Positions 48,372 through 57,462 of a stretch of 64,000 bases of DNA are shown piece by piece. The DNA is taken from sequence record DRR723986_9449. One strand, given 5' to 3'. Within the stretch, counting starts at the first letter, position 1. Every line of letters begins with the position of its first letter. A program made the position numbers and the translations under genes. The notes below the pieces were generated by a model, which had not been told where the DNA came from, made no database searches, and worked only from the letters and a program-made list of their open reading frames with translations.

Positions 48372-49393
48372 AATCTAACCGAAAGGGTCAAGGCGCTATA
48401 GCGATGGTCGCCCTGCGCGCCAATAAATTCATCGGTTCTAAACACATTGCTGGCCGCTAAACGGACAGGCCCAATAAAAAGCACAGCCCCAACTTGAAAT
48501 TCGCCAACAAAAAATTTGCTTTCAACACTATGGTTGTGTGCCCGCCAAGTGCCGTCTAGAAAAATATTGCGCTCAACAGCACGCGCTTCCACGCCTGCAA
48601 AAAAATAGTAACCTATCCCATCACCAGAGAAATGGTCGCTACCCGGCAACGATGGCTGAATGCGCGGCGGTGCGCCTTTATCACGCTGCAAGTCATTGCC
48701 TACCCGAAAGGTTAACCCCGCTGCGCCGTATATATGAACATTGCCCAGCGCCGCGCCCCAGTGGGGTGTCACATCCATTTGAAATGGCCCCAATTGCTTC
48801 GGCACTTCATACCGGTAGCCGCGGGTATAACTTATATTGATGCCAGGTTCGTTGGGCAGCTGATTATTCCAACCATTGGGGCGCGGGCTGCCAATTACCT
48901 CGTGCCAATTGCGCTGCAATAACCCAGCGCCAGAAGCAGGACCAACCAAGCCTAGGTCAAGTTTAACAACTTCGTAGCCGGTTTGTGTTTCTGCGGTAAC
49001 GCCAAACTCAAGATAAGACCATCCAGCATACGGTCGATCATCTTGGATGATATCAAACGCCTCAATATCAGACGGCGTGTACATATTCTGGCCAAAAGCA
49101 ATGGAGTAATAAAGGTCTTGCGTTTCCATGCTGCGCGCCAAAGGCGAAATAGATTTTAAAATTTTGCTGATGTCATACCCGAAAATCGCTTTGTCAGGGC
49201 GGTGCACAAAACTGAGCCGCAACCCATTGGTAAAGTCCTGGTCCGTGCCGAAAAAAAGGTCGTTTTCAACCTGAAAGGAAATCACCCTGTTATCGTCGCT
49301 GGGACTGGCGTCTTGAGCGGACACGCCCACACCAATAGCATGTGCTATCAGCAGCCATAAAATAGCTCGCATTTTCCCTAGCGATGTTTGCAC
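48368..49393 (-). CDS. lpxR: Lipid A deacylase LpxR family outer-membrane protein
   Basis: ENDLF..TD..FTNG, GQNMYTP, DRPYAGW, G.VGP, Q..WH, GW.NQL.NE, N.FLDG, C-terminal Phe. Start uncertain. Confidence 0.85.
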   Translation of the reverse strand: MQTSLGKMRAILWLLIAHAIGVGVSAQDASPSDDNRVISFQVENDLFFGTDQDFTNGLRLSFVHRPDKAIFGYDISKILKSISPLARSMETQDLYYSIAFGQNMYTPSDIEAFDIIQDDRPYAGWSYLEFGVTAETQTGYEVVKLDLGLVGPASGAGLLQRNWHEVIGSPRPNGWNNQLPNEPGINISYTRGYRYEVPKQLGPFQMDVTPHWGAALGNVHIYGAAGLTFRVGNDLQRDKGAPPRIQPSLPGSDHFSGDGIGYYFFAGVEARAVERNIFLDGTWRAHNHSVESKFFVGEFQVGAVLFIGPVRLAASNVFRTDEFIGAQGDHRYSALTLSVRF

Positions 49394-49486
49394 ATTGCGC
49401 TCCGTTAAACAGAAGGCAGGCTAAGCCCGAACACTATACCAGCATTCACATAGAAAACTTTAGAACAGAACTTAGATGAAGAAAAG

Positions 49487-49573
49487 TGGTGCCCCCGGTC
49501 GGAATCGAACCGACACTCCCAAAAGGGAACGGGATTTTGAATCCCGCGCGTCTACCAGTTCCGCCACAGGGGC
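49487..49573 (-). tRNA. tRNA-Leu (CAA)
   Basis: GCCCCTG acceptor stem, D loop GGAACTGGTAGAC, anticodon arm CGGGA-TTCAAAA-TCCCG, long variable arm, GGTTCGATTCC T loop, encoded CCA; 87 nt. Confidence 0.97.
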
Positions 49574-49738
49574 CCGTATCGGAGAGTGGGTAGTACGGCG
49601 GCGCATCATAGCCAGCTTTATCGCCGCGTCAAGCGCACAATGATACATCCTGAATACACCTTCAAATAAACCACTGTATGATTGTATTCAGCCCCGCTGG
49701 TTGCTATGCACTAGCTAAACAAACGAGGATACCTGCGC

Positions 49739-50317
49739 GTGATACGCCCTCTTTACGATTGGATGCTTAGCAAAGCTCAAAGCCCTGCCAGTGAAAAATG
49801 GTTAGCGGGCATTTCATTTGCCGAATCAAGCTTTTTTCCCATCCCCATCGATATGATGCTTATACCCATGATTCTCGCCAACCGGTTGAAGGCATGGCGG
49901 CTGGCCACCATCACTTTGATTACATCTGTGCTGGGCGGCATAGCAGGCTATGCCATCGGTGCCTTTTTTTATGAAGTTATCGGCGAGCCCATCATTAATT
50001 TTTATGGCTACCAGGAGCAATTCATCACCCTGCAGGAAACCTTTCTCGAATGGGGTGTGTTGTTTATTTTGGTAGCTGGCTTTACCCCTGTCCCTTTCAA
50101 ACTTGTAACCATTACCGCCGGTGCAGTTTCCATGAACCCTGTGCTGTTTGCCCTCACATCCATTCCGGCACGCGGAGCGCGGTTTTACTTGGTGGCAGGG
50201 TTGTTATGGAAATTCGGTGACCCGATCAAAGATTTCATTGAAAAACGCTTGGGCCTTGTTACCACCGCCATGATGGTGCTGGGCGTAGGCGGGTTTGTCG
50301 TGATCAAATATATCTAA
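49739..50317 (+). CDS. YqaA/DedA family membrane protein
   Basis: SFAESSFFPIP.D, SVLGG..GY.IG, GFTPVPFK, RGARF. Confidence 0.92.
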   Translation: MIRPLYDWMLSKAQSPASEKWLAGISFAESSFFPIPIDMMLIPMILANRLKAWRLATITLITSVLGGIAGYAIGAFFYEVIGEPIINFYGYQEQFITLQETFLEWGVLFILVAGFTPVPFKLVTITAGAVSMNPVLFALTSIPARGARFYLVAGLLWKFGDPIKDFIEKRLGLVTTAMMVLGVGGFVVIKYI

Positions 50318-50327
50318 GGTACATGCT

Positions 50328-50813
50328 ATGAGTTCCTCTTTAATGACACTGCCAGAACGAGACCCGGTTTTATTTGCAGGCCTTGCTGCGGCCGTTATCC
50401 TACTTGCTGCTTTTGGTTTTCAACTGGCTGGTTACCACCCTTGCGAAATGTGCTGGTGGCAGCGCTACCCGTATATGGCCATTATAGCGGTGGCTATTGT
50501 TGCCAAAGCTGCCCCGAAAGTACCACACAAGCCAGTGCTACTGATGCTGGCGCTGTTGTTTGCCCTTGATGCGGGCCTTGCCGGTTTTCATGCGGGCGTT
50601 GAACAGGGCTGGTGGGAAGGTATTACAACCTGCTCTGCGTCCATAAACTCAAGTGCGAGCATAGAAGATGCGCTTGCGGCAATTGACAATGCACCGCTTA
50701 TACGGTGCGACGAAATAGCATGGTCCTTGTTCGGCGTATCGATGGCGGGCTATAACTTCGTATTGGCGCTGGCAATGACCTTATTTTGCTTGCGCCGCTA
50801 TAGAAACAGCTAA
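50328..50813 (+). CDS. dsbB: Disulfide bond formation protein B
   Basis: PCEMCWWQRYPY, H.GVE..WW...TC, C....W..FG.SMA..N. Confidence 0.9.
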   Translation: MSSSLMTLPERDPVLFAGLAAAVILLAAFGFQLAGYHPCEMCWWQRYPYMAIIAVAIVAKAAPKVPHKPVLLMLALLFALDAGLAGFHAGVEQGWWEGITTCSASINSSASIEDALAAIDNAPLIRCDEIAWSLFGVSMAGYNFVLALAMTLFCLRRYRNS

Positions 50814-50842
50814 TGCTTTATACTTAAACGTGAAGGCTTGCC

Positions 50843-51418
50843 ATGCCATCTGATGACATCAAATCAAACCCGCTTTCCGACAGCCCCCTTCCCGGTGACC
50901 GATCGCGCGAGCAAGAAACCGATCGGATGGTGCGCGTGGACCATGCGGGGGAATTTGGCGCTGTACGCATTTATGCGGGCCAGCGCGCGATTTTAGGCGA
51001 AAACCACCCAAAAGCGGCACTATTTCGTCATATGCACGAACAGGAGAAGGTGCATTTGGCCAAGTTCGATGAAATTATCAACGAACGCGGTGTGCGCCCC
51101 ACCATTATGGCCCCCTTTTGGGACATTGCCGGCTTTGCGCTTGGCGCCACCACGGCCCTGATGGGCGAAAAAGCAGCCATGGCCTGCACGCAGGCGGTTG
51201 AGGAAGTGATCGACGAGCATTATGAAAGCCAGCGCGTCAAGCTAAAGGGCAAAGACCCCGAGCTGGAAGAAGTCATCGAAACCTTCCAGGCTGAAGAGGT
51301 TGAGCATAAACGCATTGCCGAAGAACACGGTGCGGAAGAAGCCGTTGGGTACCCCGTGCTTTCTGCCTCCATCAAGGCAGGTTGCCGCGCTGCCATCTGG
51401 CTTTCCAAGCGAGTTTAA
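50843..51418 (+). CDS. coq7: Demethoxyubiquinone hydroxylase Coq7
   Basis: Di-iron motifs RVDHAGE.GA..IY.GQ, E..H, AVEEVI..HY, E.EH. Confidence 0.93.
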   Translation: MPSDDIKSNPLSDSPLPGDRSREQETDRMVRVDHAGEFGAVRIYAGQRAILGENHPKAALFRHMHEQEKVHLAKFDEIINERGVRPTIMAPFWDIAGFALGATTALMGEKAAMACTQAVEEVIDEHYESQRVKLKGKDPELEEVIETFQAEEVEHKRIAEEHGAEEAVGYPVLSASIKAGCRAAIWLSKRV

Positions 51419-51444
51419 CTAACAGCAAAAACCTTCGCTTCAGG

Positions 51445-52548
51445 TTAGCGGCTGTTGAAGCCTGCTTCCCAGTCTTTCGCTTTAAACACTTTCACAGGTT
51501 TGGCTTTAGCTTCCGTGTAATTAGCGGGCGGGGTTTCCGGCGCACTTGCATGCTTCCATCGGCCATCAGCTGATATGTGCAATACCTCGGTTTCAGGATC
51601 TGCGGTGCCGATTGTGCGGTCTTTCATTTTATCCCACACCATCACTTTATACATTAAGCTTGAGGAGTCCCTTAGCTCACCAAACCAGTTCGGGTGGATG
51701 CGAAGCTCCACATAGGTTCCGTCAAACTTTAGGCCGCGCTCGTAAGCATTGTTGATCATCCACAACAGGGCGCGGTCCGACAGACCGCTGTCTGCGTACC
51801 CGCCGCCCACATTGGAGTGTACGCCTGGAAACCATGCCTGGAGCAAGGTTTGACCATCCGCCAGATTGTCCGGACTCCACAGCGTTGGTTTAAACGGGCC
51901 GCGGCGTTCATTAATGGCAACCGCATGATAGGCGTGGCTCACATGGGTACCCAGCGTTACATCATGAAATCCGCTGCGTTTTCTGGTCCACCATCCAAGC
52001 GGGCCGGTTGTTGGTACACCCAGCGCCCCAACAGTGTCCCATACGCCGATAAAGTGAACTTTCCCGGGTCTGGATTGATACGCCGCTTTGAAAATATCAG
52101 CCAATGCGGTGCGTTCAACTTTATCCTTCGTACGGTAAGCAGTTTTTGCGTCCGCAATCAGTTTGTCTTGAGCCTCCAGCCCTTCCGGCAACGCGGGTAT
52201 GCCGCACACACCTACAAGGCCTGCAAGACTGCGCGCAGTGAAAGCCCCGCGACTAAAGCCAAACATGTATATTTGGTCGCCATCCTGATATGTTTGCACC
52301 AGCCACCGGTATGCTTGCAGGATGTTTTTCATGATGCCCTGTCCGGTCATACCACCAATGAATTTGTCAAGCGCGCCACCAGTGCCAACGCCGGTATCAT
52401 AGTAAACCACCTGCTCCAAACCTGGAGATACTCTGCCCTGCTTGATGGCCCGCGCCATTTTGACCACATTGCTGGGCACCTGCCGACCACGATCTTTTTG
52501 GTCTGGTGTGTTCCAGGTTCCGTCCAGACAAACGACCAAATTCCGCAT
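51445..52548 (-). CDS. DUF2235 alpha/beta hydrolase (Tle1-like catalytic domain)
   Basis: CLDGTWN, SNV, YYDTGVGT, FGFSRGAFTARSL, GVWDTV, A.NE.R, WFPGVHSNVGGG. Confidence 0.9.
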   Translation of the reverse strand: MRNLVVCLDGTWNTPDQKDRGRQVPSNVVKMARAIKQGRVSPGLEQVVYYDTGVGTGGALDKFIGGMTGQGIMKNILQAYRWLVQTYQDGDQIYMFGFSRGAFTARSLAGLVGVCGIPALPEGLEAQDKLIADAKTAYRTKDKVERTALADIFKAAYQSRPGKVHFIGVWDTVGALGVPTTGPLGWWTRKRSGFHDVTLGTHVSHAYHAVAINERRGPFKPTLWSPDNLADGQTLLQAWFPGVHSNVGGGYADSGLSDRALLWMINNAYERGLKFDGTYVELRIHPNWFGELRDSSSLMYKVMVWDKMKDRTIGTADPETEVLHISADGRWKHASAPETPPANYTEAKAKPVKVFKAKDWEAGFNSR

Positions 52549-52581
52549 AGTTTTTTCCCTGTTATCCGTGATCAAACCGAA

Positions 52582-53796
52582 CTATTCTGCCGCCGCTACG
52601 GCATGGCTTGTTTTGGCCAAATAGCGCGCAATGCGGTTTTCAACATTGGCCTTAATATCCATATAGAAAAGCTGCCAGTCATAGGAATGGTATAGCTGCC
52701 GCTCGTCAATGCCACCAGCAAACACATTGTCGTATTGGCTTTCAATATAAAGCGTGCCGCCTGCGTCGCACTGTGCCCATGTTAGACTCGGCACTGGCTG
52801 CGCCAAAACATCATAGGAAACACCTGCATTGCGGTTTAGCAGAAGGTCTATCGGACGAAAAGTTGTTGCAAGCGGCATGGCACCTTTGTGCTCAATCTTC
52901 TCAGCGCGGACCGTGTCCGGGCGCCAACTTATGGGGTTTACACACAGCGTTTTCTCGCCCGAGGTCCACTCCCAACCGGTTTTGTACCAGTGCGTGATAG
53001 TGCCCGAAACATCGCGACCGGATCCAGCATCGCCGAACGTGTCATAGGTTACAAAGCAACCTGTAGCATCCGCGTCCGCGCACAACCCGATAGAGGATAG
53101 TCCGCGCTCTAACTTGTCGGCGGAGAACCAGAAGCCAATTGGGTATGCCGCCACCATCATTTCCTCAAGCGGGGTACCGTCAACCCGTGTTTCCATCAGT
53201 CGAAACACATGTAGCGACCCTTGGCTATGGCCCGCCAAAATGAATGGCCGCGCAGGGTCACGCTGTGCAAGAAACGCATCGAACGCAGCTTCAACATCGC
53301 GGTAAGCCAGCTCCAGCGCTTTGAAGCTGTTTTCGCTGGCCAGCTCGTCTGCATCTGTTGGTTTGGTGAACACAGTAATATGGGCTTCACGGTAACGCGG
53401 CGCATAGAAGCGACAACAATCATTAAATAGTGTGCCGTGGCCTGCTAAAACTGTTTCCAGTGTTTGCGCGGCGTTCTCAGCCAAATTCATTGATGAGTTC
53501 CATTCCCCCGGACCAAAATAGGTGGTGGGGTGCACATAGAAAACATCAACCAACGCAGCGGCCGGATTAGCAGCGATGCCGGTTAATGTCAGGTCTGCCG
53601 TATCTGCTATATGCGGGTGAGAGGCCCAAGAAGACAACTTGCTGTAATCAGGCCTATCTGGCAATCCAGCAGTGTCGAAACGATCCGGTGGGCCAAGACG
53701 GGCAGAGATCAGTTGATCTCGGAACATAACCACAGCGATGACAAGCACCAATAAAACACCAACAACTTTGGCGCTTGTTTTTAGAATTTTTTTCAC
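52582..53796 (-). CDS. DUF3089 family alpha/beta hydrolase
   Basis: DVFYVHPTTY, YAPRYR, AY.DV..AF, PFILAGHSQGS, CVNP, YH..D..LFY; N-terminal anchor. Confidence 0.88.
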   Translation of the reverse strand: MKKILKTSAKVVGVLLVLVIAVVMFRDQLISARLGPPDRFDTAGLPDRPDYSKLSSWASHPHIADTADLTLTGIAANPAAALVDVFYVHPTTYFGPGEWNSSMNLAENAAQTLETVLAGHGTLFNDCCRFYAPRYREAHITVFTKPTDADELASENSFKALELAYRDVEAAFDAFLAQRDPARPFILAGHSQGSLHVFRLMETRVDGTPLEEMMVAAYPIGFWFSADKLERGLSSIGLCADADATGCFVTYDTFGDAGSGRDVSGTITHWYKTGWEWTSGEKTLCVNPISWRPDTVRAEKIEHKGAMPLATTFRPIDLLLNRNAGVSYDVLAQPVPSLTWAQCDAGGTLYIESQYDNVFAGGIDERQLYHSYDWQLFYMDIKANVENRIARYLAKTSHAVAAAE

Positions 53797-53892
53797 GAGC
53801 CCTGCTTTCTCTTAACCCCCAAGAGCGCCCTGAATAGCAAATATAAAACCCGGATGCACCTAATGAATGCAGCTGAGATTCTATGGGTGAAT

Positions 53893-54603
53893 TTAACGCA
53901 GTATCACAGAACCATTAGGTGTGGTGATCGTGAGCCAAATGTTTGGCTTACCGGCTGGCTGCAGCACAATCGGCAACTTGTTGGCTTCAACCACATCTCG
54001 CAGCTTAACCGCATCTGGGTGGGCAATGGTCAACCGAACAATAGCAGCGCCTTTTGCTGACGTAAGCGCCGGATGCGGCTCGCTCAGCCAATTGATGACG
54101 AACTGAAACTTGTCAGGGCCAAAGTTTAAATCTGCCAGCGAAGAAGTTTGCCAGGAAAGCATACTGCCGTCAGGTTTTTCACGGCCACCTTCCCGGAGTT
54201 CACCCAGATTAAGAACTTTAAGGGCCTCAGGTGGTGCGTTTAAGTCTGCTGAAAAGGCAAACCCTGCAACATGTTCATGTGCATATGATTTAGCGCTTTC
54301 GCCAAGGTCGGCAATATCTGCGCCCTTTTTGGGGCCAACAAGTTCGAGATACGTACACGGCCCCAACGACACCAGATAATTGGCCGTAACGCCGTTGGTG
54401 TGCTCACCGCCGTAGATGGGGTCAATGCCTGTTAGCTTGGCAAATCTGCCAACATAGTCTTCAAGATCCGGCACTGCCCATATAACATGGTCAAGCGATA
54501 CGCCTGCAGCGCCGCATGCGTTGGTTTGCGCTTTCGCAGGTATTGCCAGCGCAAACACCAGCGAGGAAAAGATAGCAAGATATTTAAGTTTCAAGTTCAG
54601 CAT
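53893..54603 (-). CDS. Exported VOC/glyoxalase-like protein
   Basis: Signal peptide, then LDHVIWAV.DL, GGEH..G.T.N, YLEL, R..PDG..L.W, I.W...HP. Confidence 0.82.
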   Translation of the reverse strand: MLNLKLKYLAIFSSLVFALAIPAKAQTNACGAAGVSLDHVIWAVPDLEDYVGRFAKLTGIDPIYGGEHTNGVTANYLVSLGPCTYLELVGPKKGADIADLGESAKSYAHEHVAGFAFSADLNAPPEALKVLNLGELREGGREKPDGSMLSWQTSSLADLNFGPDKFQFVINWLSEPHPALTSAKGAAIVRLTIAHPDAVKLRDVVEANKLPIVLQPAGKPNIWLTITTPNGSVILR

Positions 54604-55156
54604 CCCAATATAAATAATCTCGCCAACTATCATGCAGATAATTGGGCGGAAACAAACGACCATTCGCGTTTAGTTCGTGCGTTGTTGGCCTACAAGGGTT
54701 TCGGCGCGGATACATGGACGATTGTTTAGGTGTCCGCCCGCCTTTTTTCAGATTACACGGCGAACAAGCCGCTGTAATATTGGTCCAGCTTGTGCGGCCC
54801 CCTTGGCTTTTTGGTATCACATGGTCAAAGGTCAACTCATCAGATGATCCGCAATATTGGCATGTAAACTGATCTCGTAAAAATAGATTGAAGCGCGTAA
54901 AAGCCGGATATTGCGGTTGGCGGATATATTTTCTAAGCGCAATAACGCTTGGCAGGCTCATCTCAAGGGACGGTGAATGTACAACCGTGTCATACTGAGA
55001 AACAATATCCACCCGGTTCAGGAAAACAGCTTTCAACGCTGTTTGCCAATTCCAAATACTTAAGGGGTAATAGCTCAATGGTCGGTAATCAGCGTTTAGA
55101 ACCAACGCTGGACAGGTTTCTGGTGTAGGCATCTTGGGCGCAAACGCGACACCCAT
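54584..55156 (-). CDS. HNH endonuclease (McrA-like family conserved in alphaproteobacteria)
   Basis: ALVLNADYRPLSYYPLS, FTRFN.FLRD, CQYCG, DHVIPKSQGG...WTN..AACSPCN..K. Confidence 0.92.
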   Translation of the reverse strand: MGVAFAPKMPTPETCPALVLNADYRPLSYYPLSIWNWQTALKAVFLNRVDIVSQYDTVVHSPSLEMSLPSVIALRKYIRQPQYPAFTRFNLFLRDQFTCQYCGSSDELTFDHVIPKSQGGRTSWTNITAACSPCNLKKGGRTPKQSSMYPRRNPCRPTTHELNANGRLFPPNYLHDSWRDYLYWDAELET

Positions 55157-55377
55157 AATTATTTCCCCCGATCACTAGCCTGATCAATAAGAAGGACAGC
55201 CATTAGTCACTATCGGCTCAGCCTATGCCGCAAATACGGACTCCTTCCGACATGCTCTAAAATCAAGATACAGTGTTACAAGAGTATGACAACCCATTAT
55301 ATTGGGGTAACTTTTATCAACGGTGCGCAGCAGAATTTGATGTTATGGTTAATTCTATAAAAATTTGACATCAACAT

Positions 55378-55845
55378 TCATTGCATAATTTTTTGCCAGC
55401 GAGTTTGCATTTCCTCAGCAGACAAGTCTTCAATTTTATGCTGTATAAACCAGCTATATCCATATGGGTCTGCAACCATACCGCCGCGATATCCATAAAA
55501 TTGATCTTCCACTGGTCGTAATAAAGTACACCCACAAGATATCGCATGTGCAAACAGCTGGTCGGCGTCTTCGGTTTCAATGGTGAACTTGACAGGAGAC
55601 CCACCAATCGAAATGGGACTAAGCGCCCCAAAATCCGGATATTCATCTGCCAACATCATTTTGGAAGCACCAATTCGAATTTCTGCATGCCCAATTTTGC
55701 CATCAGGGCCTGATAACCTTAATTCTTCAACTGCTCCAAATGCCTTGCGGTAGAATTCTATCGCTTCAGCAGCATTCTTCACCCCTAAATAGCTGGCTAC
55801 CGAATTAATCTTCGCAGCTACATTTGATTTGTTGTCTCTGCTCAT
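55378..55845 (-). CDS. VOC family protein (PhnB-like)
   Basis: YL.V..AAEAIEFY..AFGA, HAEIRIG, DQFYG.R.G...DPYG..W. Confidence 0.9.
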   Translation of the reverse strand: MSRDNKSNVAAKINSVASYLGVKNAAEAIEFYRKAFGAVEELRLSGPDGKIGHAEIRIGASKMMLADEYPDFGALSPISIGGSPVKFTIETEDADQLFAHAISCGCTLLRPVEDQFYGYRGGMVADPYGYSWFIQHKIEDLSAEEMQTRWQKIMQ

Positions 55846-55878
55846 CGTTCTTCTCTTGTTGTGATGATTCAATTATGT

Positions 55879-55894
55879 TACGTTACGTAACGTA
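55879..55894. promoter_or_regulatory. TetR-family operator palindrome
   Basis: Perfect 16-bp palindrome TACGTTACGTAACGTA in the 80-bp gap between the divergent VOC and TetR genes. Confidence 0.78.
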
Positions 55895-55925
55895 TATATT
55901 ATTACATGTCAATATAGGAAAATTA

Positions 55926-56528
55926 GTGACTTCAAAACCAAATAAGAAAAGCCCCGGCAGACCAAGAAGCCAAAAAATTCAAAAAGCAATATTAGAGGCC
56001 ACATCAACTCTAATAAAAGAACGAGGCGTGCCCGGCGTAACAATAGAGGCTGTGGCAACAACAGCGGGAGTGGGCAAACCAACCATTTATCGATACTGGG
56101 CCAACGCTCATGAATTAACAATGAGTGCACTGATTGACGCTTCACCTGCCATTACCGTCGTCCAAAATTCTGATGCGGTAATTGCACTTCGCAGCTTGCT
56201 TCATGGGGTTGCAGAAATGTTCACTAGCCCAACAGGGCGGTATATTGCCCTTGTTTTAGCGTCAGCGGACGATAGTTCTGAGATTGCAAAAGCTTTCAGA
56301 AGCCATTTTATCCAGTCCCGTCGCAAAGAAGCAGAAGACTTGTTGGACAAAGCAATATTGGCGGGCACCCTCAGCTCCAATGCGCCGGTCACAATTATTT
56401 TGGATATGATTTTTGGTGCTGTATTCTATCGAATACTCATGGGGCATGCTTCGATCAACCAGAAATTCATGGATCAGTTGATGGCAACCGTTATACCCAT
56501 GTTTACAATCGAACGCGCAAAGCCATAA
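55926..56528 (+). CDS. TetR/AcrR-family transcriptional regulator
   Basis: Likely GTG start at 55926 after AGGA; GRPRS, TIEAVA..AGVGKPTIYRYW. Confidence 0.92.
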   Translation: MTSKPNKKSPGRPRSQKIQKAILEATSTLIKERGVPGVTIEAVATTAGVGKPTIYRYWANAHELTMSALIDASPAITVVQNSDAVIALRSLLHGVAEMFTSPTGRYIALVLASADDSSEIAKAFRSHFIQSRRKEAEDLLDKAILAGTLSSNAPVTIILDMIFGAVFYRILMGHASINQKFMDQLMATVIPMFTIERAKP

Positions 56529-56579
56529 TGACTTAAGTACATTTTCACTGCCCCAAGTAACATAAGCCTCAGAACACCT

Positions 56580-57455
56580 ATGCATATATTACATGATCAA
56601 GCAGCCAATTTTGTAACCCGGTTTGCCCCCAGTCCAACCGGACATTTGCACATTGGGCACGCTTATTCTGCCCTATTGGCCTATGAGCAAGCGCAGCTGC
56701 ATGAGGGTAAATTCATTCTACGCATTGAAGACATTGACCACGGCCGCTGCCGCCCTGAATTTATTGATGCAATATATGAAGACTTAACGTGGCTGGGCCT
56801 ACACTGGCAGGAACCAGTTAGAATACAGTCCAGCCATTTTGAAGAGTACGACGCCGCCCTCATGCGCCTGAAAAACATAGGCGTTACTTATCCGTGCTTT
56901 TGTACCCGCAAAGACATTCAAAAAGAAATTGAACGCGCGCCGTCAGCGCCCCATGGGCCAGAGGGCATACCCTACCCTGGCACCTGCAGAACCCTTGATA
57001 AGTCCCTTGCTAAAACACGTATTGAAGCCGGCGAGGCTCATGCTTGGCGGCTTGATTTATCGGCGGCTCTGGCGGCAATTGACTCGCCGTTGTTCTGGCA
57101 TGATAAAGCACAGGGCGAAATTACCGCACAGCCTCAACTGCTGGGGGATATTGTCTTAGCGCGCAAGGACACGCCAACCAGTTATCATTTATCTGTTGTT
57201 TGCGATGATGCGTTGCAAGGCATTACCCATGTCATCCGCGGTGATGACTTGTTCCATGCAACTCATATTCATGCCGTATTGCAAAAACTACTCGGCTTAC
57301 CGACACCGCTGTATCAGCACCATAAATTACTGACCGACAAAAGCGGTAAACGCTACGCAAAGCGTGACAAAGCACTAACCCTTGCGCAAATGCGCGCAAA
57401 TGGCGTAGATGCAAATGTGCTTGCCACGTCTCTCATGCAAGAAATGAATGGATAG
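56580..57455 (+). CDS. gluQ: Glutamyl-Q tRNA(Asp) synthetase
   Basis: RFAPSPTG.LHIGH, LRIEDID, YPCFCTR, YPGTCR, VIRGDDL, KR.AKRD; no anticodon-binding domain (291 aa). Confidence 0.92.
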   Translation: MHILHDQAANFVTRFAPSPTGHLHIGHAYSALLAYEQAQLHEGKFILRIEDIDHGRCRPEFIDAIYEDLTWLGLHWQEPVRIQSSHFEEYDAALMRLKNIGVTYPCFCTRKDIQKEIERAPSAPHGPEGIPYPGTCRTLDKSLAKTRIEAGEAHAWRLDLSAALAAIDSPLFWHDKAQGEITAQPQLLGDIVLARKDTPTSYHLSVVCDDALQGITHVIRGDDLFHATHIHAVLQKLLGLPTPLYQHHKLLTDKSGKRYAKRDKALTLAQMRANGVDANVLATSLMQEMNG

Positions 57456-57462
57456 ATTTGAT

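Noticed and set aside
51445-52548. DUF2235 gene as a T6SS Tle1 effector
   Set aside because: No vgrG, PAAR, adaptor or immunity gene is adjacent, and its composition matches the host backbone.
51817-52695. 292-aa plus-strand ORF, and other long antisense ORFs (2779-3546, 10305-10961, 23635-24342)
   Set aside because: They are shadows of well-supported genes on the opposite strand and show no recognisable motifs.
54584-55156. HNH nuclease as a defence, homing or Cas-associated gene
   Set aside because: It matches the widespread standalone alphaproteobacterial HNH family. No methylase, repeat array, intron or mobile context is nearby.
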